Positions 1 to 12,868 of a stretch of 64,000 bases of DNA are shown piece after piece. Source of the DNA: Chara braunii. Taxonomy: Eukaryota > Plantae > Charophyceae. The notes beneath the pieces were generated by a model that saw nothing but the letters and a program-made list of their open reading frames with translations, was not told where the DNA came from and did no database searches. The position numbers were made by a program, and so were the translations under genes. How positions within the stretch are numbered: the stretch's first letter is position 1; each line of letters opens with the position of its first letter. The stretch lies in the NCBI GenBank assembly GCA_003427395.1, contig BFEA01000033.1, positions 1,603,116 through 1,667,115 on the forward strand, in the 5' to 3' direction.

Positions 1-49
<49 letters not shown>

Positions 50-70
50 ATACTCACACACACACATACA
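1..70. repeat. (CT)n/(CA)n microsatellite
   Basis: Directly visible dinucleotide runs. Confidence 0.95.
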
Positions 71-629
71 TAACCGCTCTCCTTAAAATAATTCTTGTAT
101 GAATTTATTTATCTACCTATAACTTGAATTTCTTGCCTACAACTAGCAATACAAACAACAACGTAGTGCACCATTTCAAACATGTTACCCCACTCTACCT
201 CTACAACCTCTCTTTTTCTTTCCCTACCTCTCACACACACACACACAACATCCCTCCCTGAATAAATTCTTGAAGCACTTTAACCTATCTATCATGTATA
301 CCTCTTTCTCTCTTTCTGATTCATTCATTGGAATAAGGATTGCAAAAAGTGATTAAAAAATCACAAAAGAATTGAATGAATTTCACTTTTAACAAGTCAA
401 TCGTTTTCTCTTGAATAACTCTTTCCTCAATGAGATCCTTTTAACGTTGGTTGTTGATTTCTTATCATGGTCTATTTGACAATGATAAGCAGAAAAGCAT
501 GGAATCTTGCTTTATTCATATACCTACAACACATGAAGAGCAACAATAAAAATAATTGTAAGGAAGATAATGCAGGGTTAAAAAAAAAAAAACATCATTA
601 TAAACTACACTAAAGTTTTGTGGAATAGG

Positions 630-1730
630 GTTGAGTAGAGTACAATTGTCAGTACAGAGCAGTATGCAGTGAGTAAAGATTACAGAAGTATGTACAAAAA
701 TACAGTAAATTAGAGTAGGTTTGAGTAAAATAACGAGTAGAGGAGTTAAAAGCGGAGAGTAGAGTGCATAGAGTACAATCCATGATAAAGAGATCATAGA
801 GCAGCAAGCAAGCAGCAAAGTACAGTACAGTCAAAAGTGAACTACATTATGAGTGGAGTATAGAGAAAAGTAGATCAAAGAGTGTAGAGTTAAGTAGAGA
901 AAGAAAAAAAATTGAGGGGAGTGCAAAGTTGATTACAATAGAGTAGAATAGGTTGTTGTAGAGTGGCGTCAAGTGGAGTGGAGTGGAGAGGAAATTGAAT
1001 AAAGTGGACTGAAGTTGAATGGACTAGACTATAGTACAGTGGAGTGCAGTGTAGTGCAGTGGAGTGAAAATGGACTGTAGTGGAGTAGAGTAAATAAAGT
1101 GGAGTGCAATGGAGTCGAGTGAACTGTGAGAAGAGTCAAGTGAGAGTTAACACAAGCTTGAGTATACTTGAGTAGAATAGAGTACTCCTCGAGATGAGTA
1201 GAGTTGAATACAATATAATATTGTAGACCAATGAGGAGAGAGTAAAAAAAGAGAGTCCAAAGACTGATATAGAGTAAACAGTTAAGAGTATAGAGTAAAT
1301 TACTATAAGGTAAAGGAACATAGAAAGAAGAAAAAACAAAAGCAAAGTATAAAATATAGAGTGTAAAGCGTCGAGTAAAGAGTAGTCACCACAAGGCAAA
1401 GAGCAGAGCAGAAAGTATAGGGTAGAGTCGTAGAGTGTACAGTGAGTAAACTAAACAACAGAATAGAGAGCAACATAGACTAGCAGGTAAACAGTAGAAT
1501 GTAGATTGAGTAAAGTAAACAATAAGGAGTGAGTATGGTAGAGACTAAACATTGAGAGTTCGTAGTACATAGTAGACCAGACAGCAGGACCAGACAGAAG
1601 TGTAAAAAAAAAAGTAGAGGGGAGTAGAGAGTAGAGTGAAGAAGAGAATAAGAGAGTAGGGAAGAGTAGACATGAGTTTGTGCAAGTTAAAAATAGAAGA
1701 GTAGATTAAAGTAAGAGAAATGTAAAAGTA
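630..1730. repeat. Degenerate pentamer low-complexity tract (AGTAG/AGTGG-like)
   Basis: Recurrent gagta/gagtg/agtag 5-mers, e.g. agtggagtggagtggag near 972; the antisense ORFs here are L/Y/S-rich artefacts. Confidence 0.8.
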
Positions 1731-2989
1731 TGGTAATAATATGATAGGGAGGATATACTTGAGCACTAGGTGTTCTACATCATTGTTGTATTGTTTTTTT
1801 CAGGTAACATGTTGTACTTCTTTCTTAAGATAGCTCAATGTTTTATTGTTGTATTTTTTAGATTCACTGTATTTTTCAACTCAGGTTATTCTAATAGTAG
1901 GAAGTAGAAAGTAGGAGAGGGTCTGAGAAGACGTACTTCGTTGTTGCTATAGCAAGGAGGAAAGTTGTCATATGTTTCTTGTATTAAGAACCAGCAGAGT
2001 TGTATTTGTTCTTATATTGATCTGCTTTACTTTGGTATACAAACTCGTTTTAATAATATATAATATTGATTTGAGATTTGTTTTTCAAGATCGTTGTTAT
2101 CATTGCTTCAACCCGCATCCTCAAAGTTTATTGGGACAACAGAGTTACTTTTGTCCTCTTTCTTTAATTTTTTCCACTTCTCTTTCAGAACTGTTTCTTG
2201 ATTACAAAATTTGTCATTTTATCTGGTTTGCGATATGTTGGTTTAGTTTTGGTCATGTCCAAACAAACATAAGTGGTTGTCTGTAAATGTGTTGTCGAGG
2301 TTTCATATTTTCAGTTGTTATAGGCGCACTAAAGTTTATGCATACTTTAACTATACATGATTTGATGCATTTGCACATCTGACAATTTTTTATGCATTTG
2401 TGAATCAGTTCTTGCATAGTATATCTATTATGACGATTGTTTTTTTTTTTTTAATACAGCTAAGTTATATTTTTATTTTAATCTTACCTTTCAATGTCTA
2501 CCTATTAGTGTTCCTCGGCCTAGCAGAGCATCGTTGCTAGGCTGCTACCACTATTCCAGTATTAATAGCTTGTTACTTGCCCAACCCACATCAAGTAGCA
2601 CTTGTGGCTGAGGTCAACACACACACAAACATATACAAACATATACACAAACACAAACACTGACAAACACACGTACACATACACACATAGTTGAACTGAT
2701 CATAGACCGTACCAGCACGGACTATGCGGAACAAGCTAAGTAAATCAGTTGGTTTGACACTCAGAGTGCACAGCAGGGCAATGATGAACTTATGCACCTT
2801 ATGAACAAAGTTTGGCAGCGTACTCAATTTATGTTATTCTAAATTAATATTTTTTCAAAAATTCAACAAATCTGATTTTTTTTAAGTTTTTTTTTTCTGC
2901 CATCAATTTTTTTTATTTTTTTTTAACACCTTAGTTATTTGATAGTTCTTCCCTACGTTATTTACTTGTTTCCCGCTGTCCATACTATA

Positions 2990-5900
2990 TTTTGGTCTTT
3001 TGTTGAAGGCAAAGAAAGGTCTAGCGATACAGGGAAAGGTTACAAATGATCAAGCATGTAAAGAAAAAAAAGAATTGTCTGGGGTGTATTTTTCTATGAC
3101 GACAAAGAAGAGCCTAGCGGTGGAGGAATAAAAAATAAAAAATAACTATGTAAAAAAAAAAAAAATCCTCTCAAGTGCATTTTGCAATGAACGCAGAGAA
3201 GGTTCTTGCGGTAGAGACATAAGTAATTAACAATGACTCGGTATAATAAGAAAAAACAAAGAAACTCCGAGTTTTGTTTTTTGACGAAAGGAAGGAAAAA
3301 TTTAGGGGTAAAGAAATAAAGAAGTAAAAATTGCTAAGTAAATGAAGAAAACTATAGAGTCTATTTTTTTGCCAAAACAAAGAAGAGTCTGGGGGTAATG
3401 GTATACATATTGTAAAACTACCAATTATATGAAAAAAAAAAAAAAAAAACTTTGGGCTTTATTTTTCAGAGAAAGCGAAGAAAGGTATAAAGGTTAAGGG
3501 ATAGGTTATTAAAAACGACTACGTAAACGAAAAAAAAAAATCTATGAGCTTTATTTTTCGTCGAAAATTAAAAAGGGTCTAGCGGTAATCGTATAAGTGT
3601 TGTCAAACGACTAAGTACACTAGGGGGGGAAAAAAAACTTTGGGCTCTATTTTTCAGCGAAAGGAGAGAAGGGCCTAAGGGTTGAGGTATAAGTGTTGTA
3701 AAACGATTAAGTTCCAGAAGAAGAAAAAGAAAACTCTTGTGGTATTTTTCTGCGAAATGAAAGAAGTGCCTAGGGATAATTATATACCTTTTGTGGAACG
3801 ACTAAGTATACAATTTTCGGCGAAAGCCGATAAGGGCCTAAGGGTAGACGGATAGGTAACGAAAAAGAACTAAGTATATGAAGAAAAAAAGAAAACTTTA
3901 GGCTCTATTTCAAGGCAAAAGCAAAGAAGGCCCTAGAGCCTAGAGATAGATACCTAAAGAACGATTTAGTATACGAAGAAAAAAAGAAGAACTTTGGTCT
4001 CTATTTTTCGACGAAAGCAAAGAAGGGCCTAGGGCCCAGGAATAGGAACCTAAAAAACGACCAAGTATAACAGGAAAAAAAAAACAAACATGGGCTTTAT
4101 TTTTCGGCAAAAGAAAGAAAAAGGGTCTGGGCCTAGGAAAAACTAACTAAAAACCAACCGAGTATACGAAGAAAAAAATAAAAACTTTAGGCTCTCTTTT
4201 TCGGCCAAAGCAAAGAAGGTTCTAGGGCCTAGGGATATGAACCTAAAAAGCGACTAACTACATAAAGGGAGAAAAAAAAACTTTAGGCTCTATTTTTTTG
4301 CGGAAGCAAAGAAGGGTCTAGGGCTTGGGGATAGGAACCTAAAAAACGACTAACTTCATAAAGAAAAAAGAAAACTTTATGTTCTATTTTTTTGTGAAAC
4401 CAAAAAAGGGTCTAGGGCATGGGGAGAGGTACATAAAGGACGACCGAGTGCACGAAGAAAAAAAAACAAACTATGGGCTCTATTTTTCGTTGAAAGCAAA
4501 AAAGGGCATAGAGCCTAGGGATAGGTACATAAAAAAAATGACTAATATACAAAGAAAAAACAGAAAAACATTAAAGTTTATTTTTCACCAAAAGCAAAGA
4601 AGAATCGCGGCCTAGGAATAGGTATCTAAAAGACGACTTAGTGTACGAAGAAAAAAAAGAAAAGTCTCGACCTTATTTTTAGGCAAAAGCAAAGAAGGGT
4701 TCAAAGTCTAGGAATAAGTAATTAATAATCGAGTAAATATATGAAGGAAAAAAAAAAACCTTTGGATTTTATTTTTCGGTGAAAGCAAAGAAGGGTCTGA
4801 GGCCTACGGATAGGTACCTAAAAAACGACTAAGCATGCAAAGAAAGAAAATAAAACTCTAGGCTCTATTTTTTCGGGATTGAGTATATGAAGAAAAAAAA
4901 GAAGACTCTGGGCTCTATTTTTCTGCGAAAGCAAAGAAGAGTTTAGGGCATAGGGATAGGTAACTCCAAAACGACTGAGTACACAAGAGGGGAAAAAAAA
5001 ACTTTGGGCTTTATTTTTCGGCGAAAACAGTGAAGGGCTTAGGGCCTAGGGATAGGATCCTAAAAAACGACTACGTATATCAAGAAGAAAAAAAAAACTT
5101 TGGCTCTATTTTTTGGCGAAAGCAAATAAGGGTCTTGGGTCTGGGGATAAGTACCTAAAAGACGACCGAGTAAATGAACAAAAAATATCAAATTTTGGGG
5201 TCTATTTTTCGTTGAAAGTAGAGGAGGGTTTAGAGCCTACGGATAGGTACGTAAAAAACGACTAAGTATACAAAGAAAAAATAAAAAACTCTAGGCTTTA
5301 TTTTTCACCGAAAAGCAAAGAAGCGTCTGGCCTAGGAATAGGTACCTAAAAAACGACTTAGTGTACGAAAAAAAAAAAAGTATGGGCTCTATTTTTAGGC
5401 AAAAGCAAAGAAGGGCCTAGGGTCTTCGAATAGGTAATTAATAAACGAGTAAATATACGAAGAAAAAACAGAAAATTTTGGACTCTATTTTTCGGTGAAA
5501 GCAAAGAAAGGTCAGGGGACTAGGGATAGGTACCTAAAAAAACAAATGAGTATGTAAAGAAAGAATATAAAACTTTGGGCTCTATTTTTCAGCGAAAGCA
5601 ATGAAGGGTATGGGGCCTATGGATAGGTAACTAAATACGACTTAGTACACCAAAAAAATAAAAAAACTCTAGCTTTATTTTTCTGCGAAAGCCGAGAAGG
5701 GTCTAGGGCCTAGGGATAGGTAACTCCAAAACAACTTAGTATATGAAAAAAAAAAAAACTTTGGGTTTTATTTTTCGGCGAAAGCAGTCTGTTAGGCACT
5801 AGTAGCTTTATTGGTGAATTTTTTATTGTAGTAGGTGCTTAGGGTCTAGGGATAGGAACCTAAAAAACGACCAAATATACGAAGAAAAAAAATCAAACTC

Positions 5901-6975
5901 TTGGCTCTATTTTTTGTTGAAAGCAAAGAAGTACTTAGGGCCTAGGGATAGGTACCTAAAAACTTACTAAGTATACAAAGAAAAAACAGAAAACTCTAGC
6001 TTTATTTTTCACCAAAAGCAAGAAAGTGTCTGGCCCTACGAATAAATAACTAAAACAAAATTAAGTATACAAAGGAAAAAAAAGTAAACTCTTAGCTCTA
6101 TTTTTCGGCGAAAGCAAAGAAGGGTTCATCGTTTAGGGATTTGTAACTAAAAAGGACCAAGTATACGAAGGAAAAAAAAAAAAACTCTGGCTCTATTTTT
6201 TGTGAAAACAAAAAAGGGTCTACAGCATTGGATAGGTATCTAAAAAACGACTAAGTATACGGAAAAAAAAAGAAAACCTTAGGTTTTATTTTTCAGCGAA
6301 AGCAAAAAAGGGACTAGGGCAAAGGGATAGGTAACTAAAACAACGACTGAGTATACGAAGAGAAGAAACAAAACTCTGGGCTTCACTTTTCGGGGAAAGC
6401 AAAGAACGGTGTAGGGCGTAGGGATCGGAATTTAAAAAATGAGTAAGTATACAAAAAAAAAAAAAAAACTCTGGGTTTATTTTAACCGAAGCAAACAAGG
6501 GTCTAAGACCTAGGGATAATGCCTAAAACACGACTAAGTAAAAACAAAAAAACTTTTGGCTCTGTTTTTCGGCGAAACCAAAGAAGGTCTAGGGCATAGG
6601 GATAGGTACCTAAATAATTACTAGCATAGGGATAGGTACCTAAATAATTACTAAGTATACGAACAATTAAAAAAAACTTTGGGTTCTCTTTTTCGGCGAA
6701 TGCAAAAAAGGGTTTGGGCCTACGGATAGATACAAAAAATACAACTGAGTATACAAAAAAAAATTAGAAAACTTTGGGCTTTATTTTTCAGCGAAAGCAA
6801 AAAAGGGTCTGAAGCTAAGGGATAGGTAACTAAAAAATGACTGAGTATATAAAGAAAAAAAAACAGGGCTCTGTTTTTCGGCGTAAGCAAACGAGGACGT
6901 AAGGATAAGAATCTAATAAACGACTACGTATCAAAAAAAAAAAAAAAAAAAAAAAACTATGGGCTCTATTTTTCG
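2990..6975 (+). repeat. ~97-bp tandem satellite, segment 1
   Basis: Unit approx. GAAAGCAAAGAAGGGTCTAGGGCCTAGGGATAGGTACCTAAAAAACGACTAAGTATACGAAG(A)nGAAAACTCTGGGCTCTATTTTTCGGC; successive starts at ~4013, 4109, 4205, 4302. Left-most units are more diverged. Confidence 0.95.
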
Positions 6976-8629
6976 AGTGAAGGTTAACGGGCATACTAAT
7001 ATTCAACATTTATAGTCTGAACGTTTAGCTTTTATACATAGTTGGGCACGAACACTCGAATAGAGTGNNNNNNNNNNNNNNNNNNNNNNNNNNNNNNNNN
7101 NNNNNNNNNNNNNNNNNNNNNNNNNNNGAGTGAAGGTTAACGGGCATACTAATATTCAACATTTATAGTCTGAACGTTTAGCTTTTATACATAGTTGGGC
7201 ACGAACACTCGAATAGAGTGCAGGGAGGGGGGGGGGGGGTCAGAATCTTCAGCGTTTTTACCACTTCAGAATTTTCAAAATCTTCACCGTTCCTACACAC
7301 TCGGACAAGGGGGGGTATACTTCAAAATTTTCAGCATCTTCACCAATTCAAAATCTTCAGCATTCTACACACTTGAACAAGGGGGCGAACGCTAAAGATT
7401 CTAAAAATTTCGAAGCGGTGAAAACGTTGAAGATTCGAACCGCCCCCCTTAGAAAAAGAAAACGGGGGGAGGAGGGAGGGGGGGGGTCCGGAATCTTTAG
7501 TGTTTCCACCACATCACAATTTTCAAAATCTTAAGCGTTCCCATACACTCGGACAGAAGGGGGTGTAGTTCAGAATTTTCAACATCTTCACCACTTCAGA
7601 ATCGTCAGAATCTTCAGCGTTTCTACATACTCAGACAGGGGGGTGAAACTTCTGAACTGGTGAAAACGCTGAAGATTCTTACCCCCCTGCTTAAAAAAAC
7701 AAAACAGGGGGAGGGGGGGGGGGTCAGAATCTTCAGTGTTTCTACCAGTTTACAATTTTCAGAATCTTCAACATTCCTACACACTCGGACACAGGGAGGT
7801 GTACTTCATAATTTTCAACATCTTCACCACTGCAGAATGTTCAAAATCTTCAGCATTTCTACACAGTTGTACAAGGAGGCGAACGCTGAAGATTCTGAAA
7901 ATTCTGAAGTGGTGAAAACGCTGAAGATTCAGAAGAACCCCCCTCAAAAGAACAAAACAATGGCAAGGGGGGGTGATTCAGAATCTTCAGTGTTTCCACC
8001 ACTTCACAATTTTCATAATCTTCAGCGTTCCTACACACTCGGACAGAGGGGGGTGTACTTCATAATTTTCAGCATTTCACTACTTTAGAATCTTCAGAAT
8101 CTTCAGCGTTTCGACATACTCAGACAGGGCGGTGAACGCTGGAGATTATGAAAATTCTGAAGTGGTGAAAATGCTGAAGATTCGGAAGTCCGCCCCCTTA
8201 AAAAAAACAAAACAGGGGGAGGGGGGTTCAAAATCTTCAGCGTTTCCACAACTTCATAATTTTCAGAATCTTCTGCGTTCCTATATACTCAGACAGAGGG
8301 GGGCGTACTTCATAATTTTCAGCATCGTCAACACTTCAAAATCTTTAGAATCTTTCGAGTTTCTATACACTCAGACAAGGGGGAAAACGATAATATTTTT
8401 AATATTGATTCAACGTAGAGGTATTCCGCATTTTTGGAATGTATATTGTAAAGAGATAGAACACAAATGTATACATGAATTTAATTTATGTATTTTCACT
8501 TGAGTTTATAGTTATAAAAGCACGTCTGAAATCGTTGAACCTCTGCTTAAGAAAACTTCAAAAATGCTGAAAGATCTCGAGATCAGAATTAGTTTCAGCG
8601 AAGATTCGAAGTGTCGTTCACCACGTGTG
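6976..8629. mobile_element. Non-coding foldback-like insertion in the satellite, built of direct and inverted GAATCTTCAGCG/ACCACTTCAG modules
   Basis: ~240-260-bp internal units in which gaatcttcagcgttttcaccacttcagaattttcagaatcttcagcgttc alternates with its reverse complement; flanked by tatttttcg at 6967-6975 and 8630-8638 (possible 9-bp TSD). Contains N gap 7068-7127. Confidence 0.6.
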
Positions 8630-9309
8630 TATTTTTCGGCAAAAGCCGAGAAGGATCAGGAGTCTTGGGATACGTAACTAAAAAACGAATGAGTATTTAA
8701 AAAAAAAAAAAACTTTGGACTTTATTTTTCAACGAAAGCAAAGAATGGTGGAGGGGCTAGGGATAAAAAAAACAAAAAATGACTAAGTATAGGAGGAAAA
8801 AAAACAAAATTAGGCTCTATTTTTCGGTTAAAAAAAAGAAGGGTCTAGGGTCTCGAAATTGGAACAAAAAAACGACTAAGTATACAAAAACGAAAAAGAA
8901 AACTCTTGGCTCTATTTTTCGGTGAAAGCAAATAAGGTCCTAGGGCGTAGGGATGATAAGTAAAAAACAACTTCGTATACAAAGAAAAAATAAAAACTCT
9001 TGGCTCTATTTTTATAGAAAAGCAAAGAAGGGTTCAAGGACTAGAGATAAGTAACTAAAAAACGAATGAGTATACGAAGGGAAAAAAAAAAACTCTGGAC
9101 TCTTTTTTCGGTGAAATTAAAAAGGACATAGAGTCCTTGATAGGTATCTAAATAACGACTAAGTATATGAAGGAAAAAAAAGAAAACTCCGGGTTCTATT
9201 TTTCGACGAAAGAAAGAAGGGTCTCAGACCTACAGATAGGTAACTAAAAAATGATTGAGTATACAAAGAAAAAAAAAAATTAGGTTCTATTTTTCGGTTA
9301 GGGCCTAGG
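8630..9309 (+). repeat. ~97-bp satellite, segment 2
   Basis: Same unit as 2990-6975. Confidence 0.95.
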
Positions 9310-10016
9310 TGATTGGTCAGAACTCATGCAAGTAAGCAATGAGAGTCACTCCACACAGAGCGTGACAAGTAAGATAGTGTACGAAAGTAGAACTCAATTC
9401 GAACCACATGCTTACACCAACCCAATGATCCGCCAAAACATTCCACAGTCCCCGATCGTTACCGCAATGCGGAACGTGGTCGTCGAAAGAGGCCTACTAA
9501 CTCACACGCATCCTACTTATAGTTCAATAACGGAGATGTCGCTACAACAAAACATCAAATCATTAGTATCGGTAGTACCGTAGTACTGTTAGTCTGACTA
9601 GGTGGCTGCGCATTCTACACTAGCAATTCGAGATACCGTCAGTCCAAAAAACACTGAATCTGGTTTTAAACTTACTACGTAACAAAACTAAATTTGGTCT
9701 GGCCGTACTACCGTACGATCGACCTGATACCGTGCAGGCCCAGCAACCGGCACCTGATTAAACCGCTGAATGTCCCAGGCCTAAAAACACACACAACTGC
9801 ACCCTTACACACGCAGCTCAAGGCCGGGAGAACCCCTGTCAGATCGCTCGAACAAATGCAGATAGTACCCTGTCCGAACAATCCATAAGGGCAGTAACAG
9901 AAAAAAGAAAAAAGGAAAAAAGGAAGAAAAATAACTCAAAGAAACAGAACGCAATCAAAGCGACTCATAAAACTTCAAAAAAAGCAGTACTGCAGACCAT
10001 GTCAGACTTCTACCGT

Positions 10017-12868
10017 CTATTGAAACAGCTTAACAGTCTCATGCCACATGTCGTCCCTTCTAAAAGCAAATCTCCTTAGCTCGTTGTTGAAGAATTCCAC
10101 TGGGAAATCCATCAGCCTTAGCTCACGTCTTAGTGCCAGAACGCGACCCGGGATCTCAGTCCTGATGGAGGTGTGTTGATCAATCCTGCTAAGGTAGCTA
10201 TGCATCGTAGCACTCTTCTGAAGTTTGCTACCCCACGACTTATATGACTGCCCATTCTTGATTTCAAGGACATCGCTGGTCCATAATTTGGCCTCATTGC
10301 GGGACAACTGCACAGATCCCAAATACGGAAAGGTGCTTCTGCATCTCACTTCACAACCCAGGAAGTCAATCCTACCAGTCTCATTATCGGTACGCTTCAT
10401 GCACAGGCCCTTCGGGTAACAATCCTCGAACAGTTTCGACACCTGCTCTTGACTGTCGTATGTTAATGACGCCATTACAATCATGACATCATCAACCAAG
10501 CGCAACCCAAACACACGACGATTAAGCCTACCCAGGTTCCTCAAGAAGAGGTACTCCGAGTAAGCACATAAAATACAGGCGAGTGGCGGGCTGGTTGTCT
10601 TGCCCATCGGGATCCCCACGTCCTGTCGAACAATCACATTAGTAGCACATGTGTACAATCAAGTTCAATACGCAGGAACCTTATAATGTCACAAAAATCC
10701 AGCACTCTCCAGTGGTATGCATCAGTCGTCCTCCCAAAGGTCGCTCCCTTCCCCCTTGTGTTTACCTGCACCCACTCACGACCCTTGCTGCGATGATGAT
10801 CGAATAACCAATCTACTGCTTTCACAATATCAGCATGCGGCAACCTGCTAAACATGTCCTTAATATCGAAGGACATCAGTCTAAGGTCCTTGACCGTTCC
10901 GATCCGCCTAATCTTAGAATTAATAAGATCAAGGCGGAAAGTCAATAAGGACACTGCAGGCAGGTTAAAGTGTAAGTCGCGTGGGATCCTAGAAAGTAGA
11001 AAATTTAGCCCGCGTGCCACAACTCTACCGGTACGAACCATCGATTCTGAAAACGTGGGGCAAATCGGTCTGTAACGCATCAAATCCTTATGCTTAGGGA
11101 TTATATAAGCATTACCCAACTTTCCCTTCTTATCCCACCGAGCAAATTTGTTCAGACCAGCACCGCCAACATCCTCACGAATCTCCCTAAGCACCATGCA
11201 TTCCTTTGACTCTATGACTTTGTACCCATAATTCCTGACAAACGTATCCAACATGGCTTCATAATAGATTTTCGGGCACATGACCACCGTTTCTCCTGGA
11301 TTCCGATCCAGGGGGGTCAGGACCAAACCCTCAAAGAGTTTCTTTAAATCAAACACATCGGTCAGAGTTAAAGTATCTAATCTATCAGACTGACTAGTCA
11401 TACAATTCGACAATACAGTGTCCGGAATGTAAGCGATGTCCGTTCCAAAATTCCTCCATTCCCGAAAACCAGTAGCAATCTCTTGCCGTAACTGCGAAAT
11501 CTGGTCTTGTAGCTGAGCCTTGGGGATGTTGTTCGCGCTAACCAAAAGTGGCTACTCTACGTATTCCGGTCCCAAGCGAAAGTGCACGTGACCATCCACA
11601 CGGGGATAGGTAAAGCCTGCATCCTGGCAGATCAGCACATCATGATCTGCAAAAGCTCGATGATTGTGCAGCAACTCGCCGACAGTCAAATTCTTCTGCA
11701 AAACTATCCGAGTCTTTTTTCGTGCACGCTGCTTAAAACAAGATGGTAAATCACAGCCAACAAGTATATCATTCACTACCTTGCGGGGCTCACTCAGTCT
11801 AAGTCGATCGTCAAACTTGACCTTAATCAGCTTGTCAGCATTCAGGCTCAAGTTAAACTTTTCACTGAACACACGTGAGAGGAGGCGGCACAAATACCTC
11901 CGAGTGGATTTCTTAGAGAAATCCTTAATGACGTTATACAAACGCAACAAGGATTTCATACCCCACGAATAAAATTTATTCACAGCACGGGGATTCCTCA
12001 GAATAGATATGATAAGATTCTTTAGAAACACACACTGAGGTTTCCACATCACAACAAGATCAACACGAATGCAACCACCAGACTCAAACAACAACTTAGC
12101 ATCCCGTAACTTAGACTTTTTCCCATCCTTAGATAACTTCGTCCATCCAAAGGTCCGAGACAGCTTCTTCCACGGTGTTTGCCAAAGGTTCCCACCACTC
12201 ACAAAGATTTCAAAGCTCTCTCTACTTTGGGCACGACCCTTGAGAATTTCGTACAGGTCCAAAGACCATCCAGATTCGTTTCCCAAACGAAAACGTAATG
12301 GCGCAATGATCCTCTCCGATTCCCCAAATCCCTTCCCAATCCTAGCCCTCTCCTTCCGACCTTTGCATGCTTTCTGGCTCCTCCCATTCTTTTTAATGCC
12401 GGCAGTATTCAAAAACGGTGACCACTGCCTAATGTACACACCTTCCAACTTCGTCAACTCCCCATTAGTAATTGTATCGACTGGAATCAGTACATACTTG
12501 TCCAAACCAAAAACACTCAGCCATCTATACAAATGATTAGGCTTACGTGTCTTACATGCATAGACATGTTCTCTCCACCGTACATCCAGATGTCAGGTAC
12601 TCTTACCGACATATTGGGATTTGCAATAGAGTGAGCAGCCAAGGTAAACACACTGACGTAGATTAACAAAGTCCGTACCGAAGTCATCATACAGTCGAAG
12701 CCATGCATCGACACACTTACGAGTCCAGCGGAGTTCCCCAGCGAAAGATAAACGAACGACAGTCAAACGTAAAATTTCCTCGACGCGCGCATCTACGTAA
12801 CCCAACACAGCCCTCAATACGGTTAAGCTACTGACAATATCCCAAAGATCAGCAATACTGAAAATGCA
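10017..12868 (-). pseudogene. PLE-1 pol (GIY-YIG endonuclease + reverse transcriptase), disrupted
   Basis: Pieces 12817-12593, 12532-11552, 11545-10634 and 10658-10017 carry consecutive EN, linker and RT motifs, separated by stops/frameshifts. Confidence 0.9.

Noticed and set aside
2990-6975. CRISPR-like regular periodicity
   Set aside because: Whole units repeat with no unique spacers; eukaryotic context and no cas genes.
6975-7220. Exact 93-bp direct repeat flanking the N gap
   Set aside because: Identical sequence on both sides of a gap is a typical unmerged contig overlap.
7195-8503. ORFs in the foldback repeat (66-142 aa)
   Set aside because: Translations of repeat modules; no domain features.
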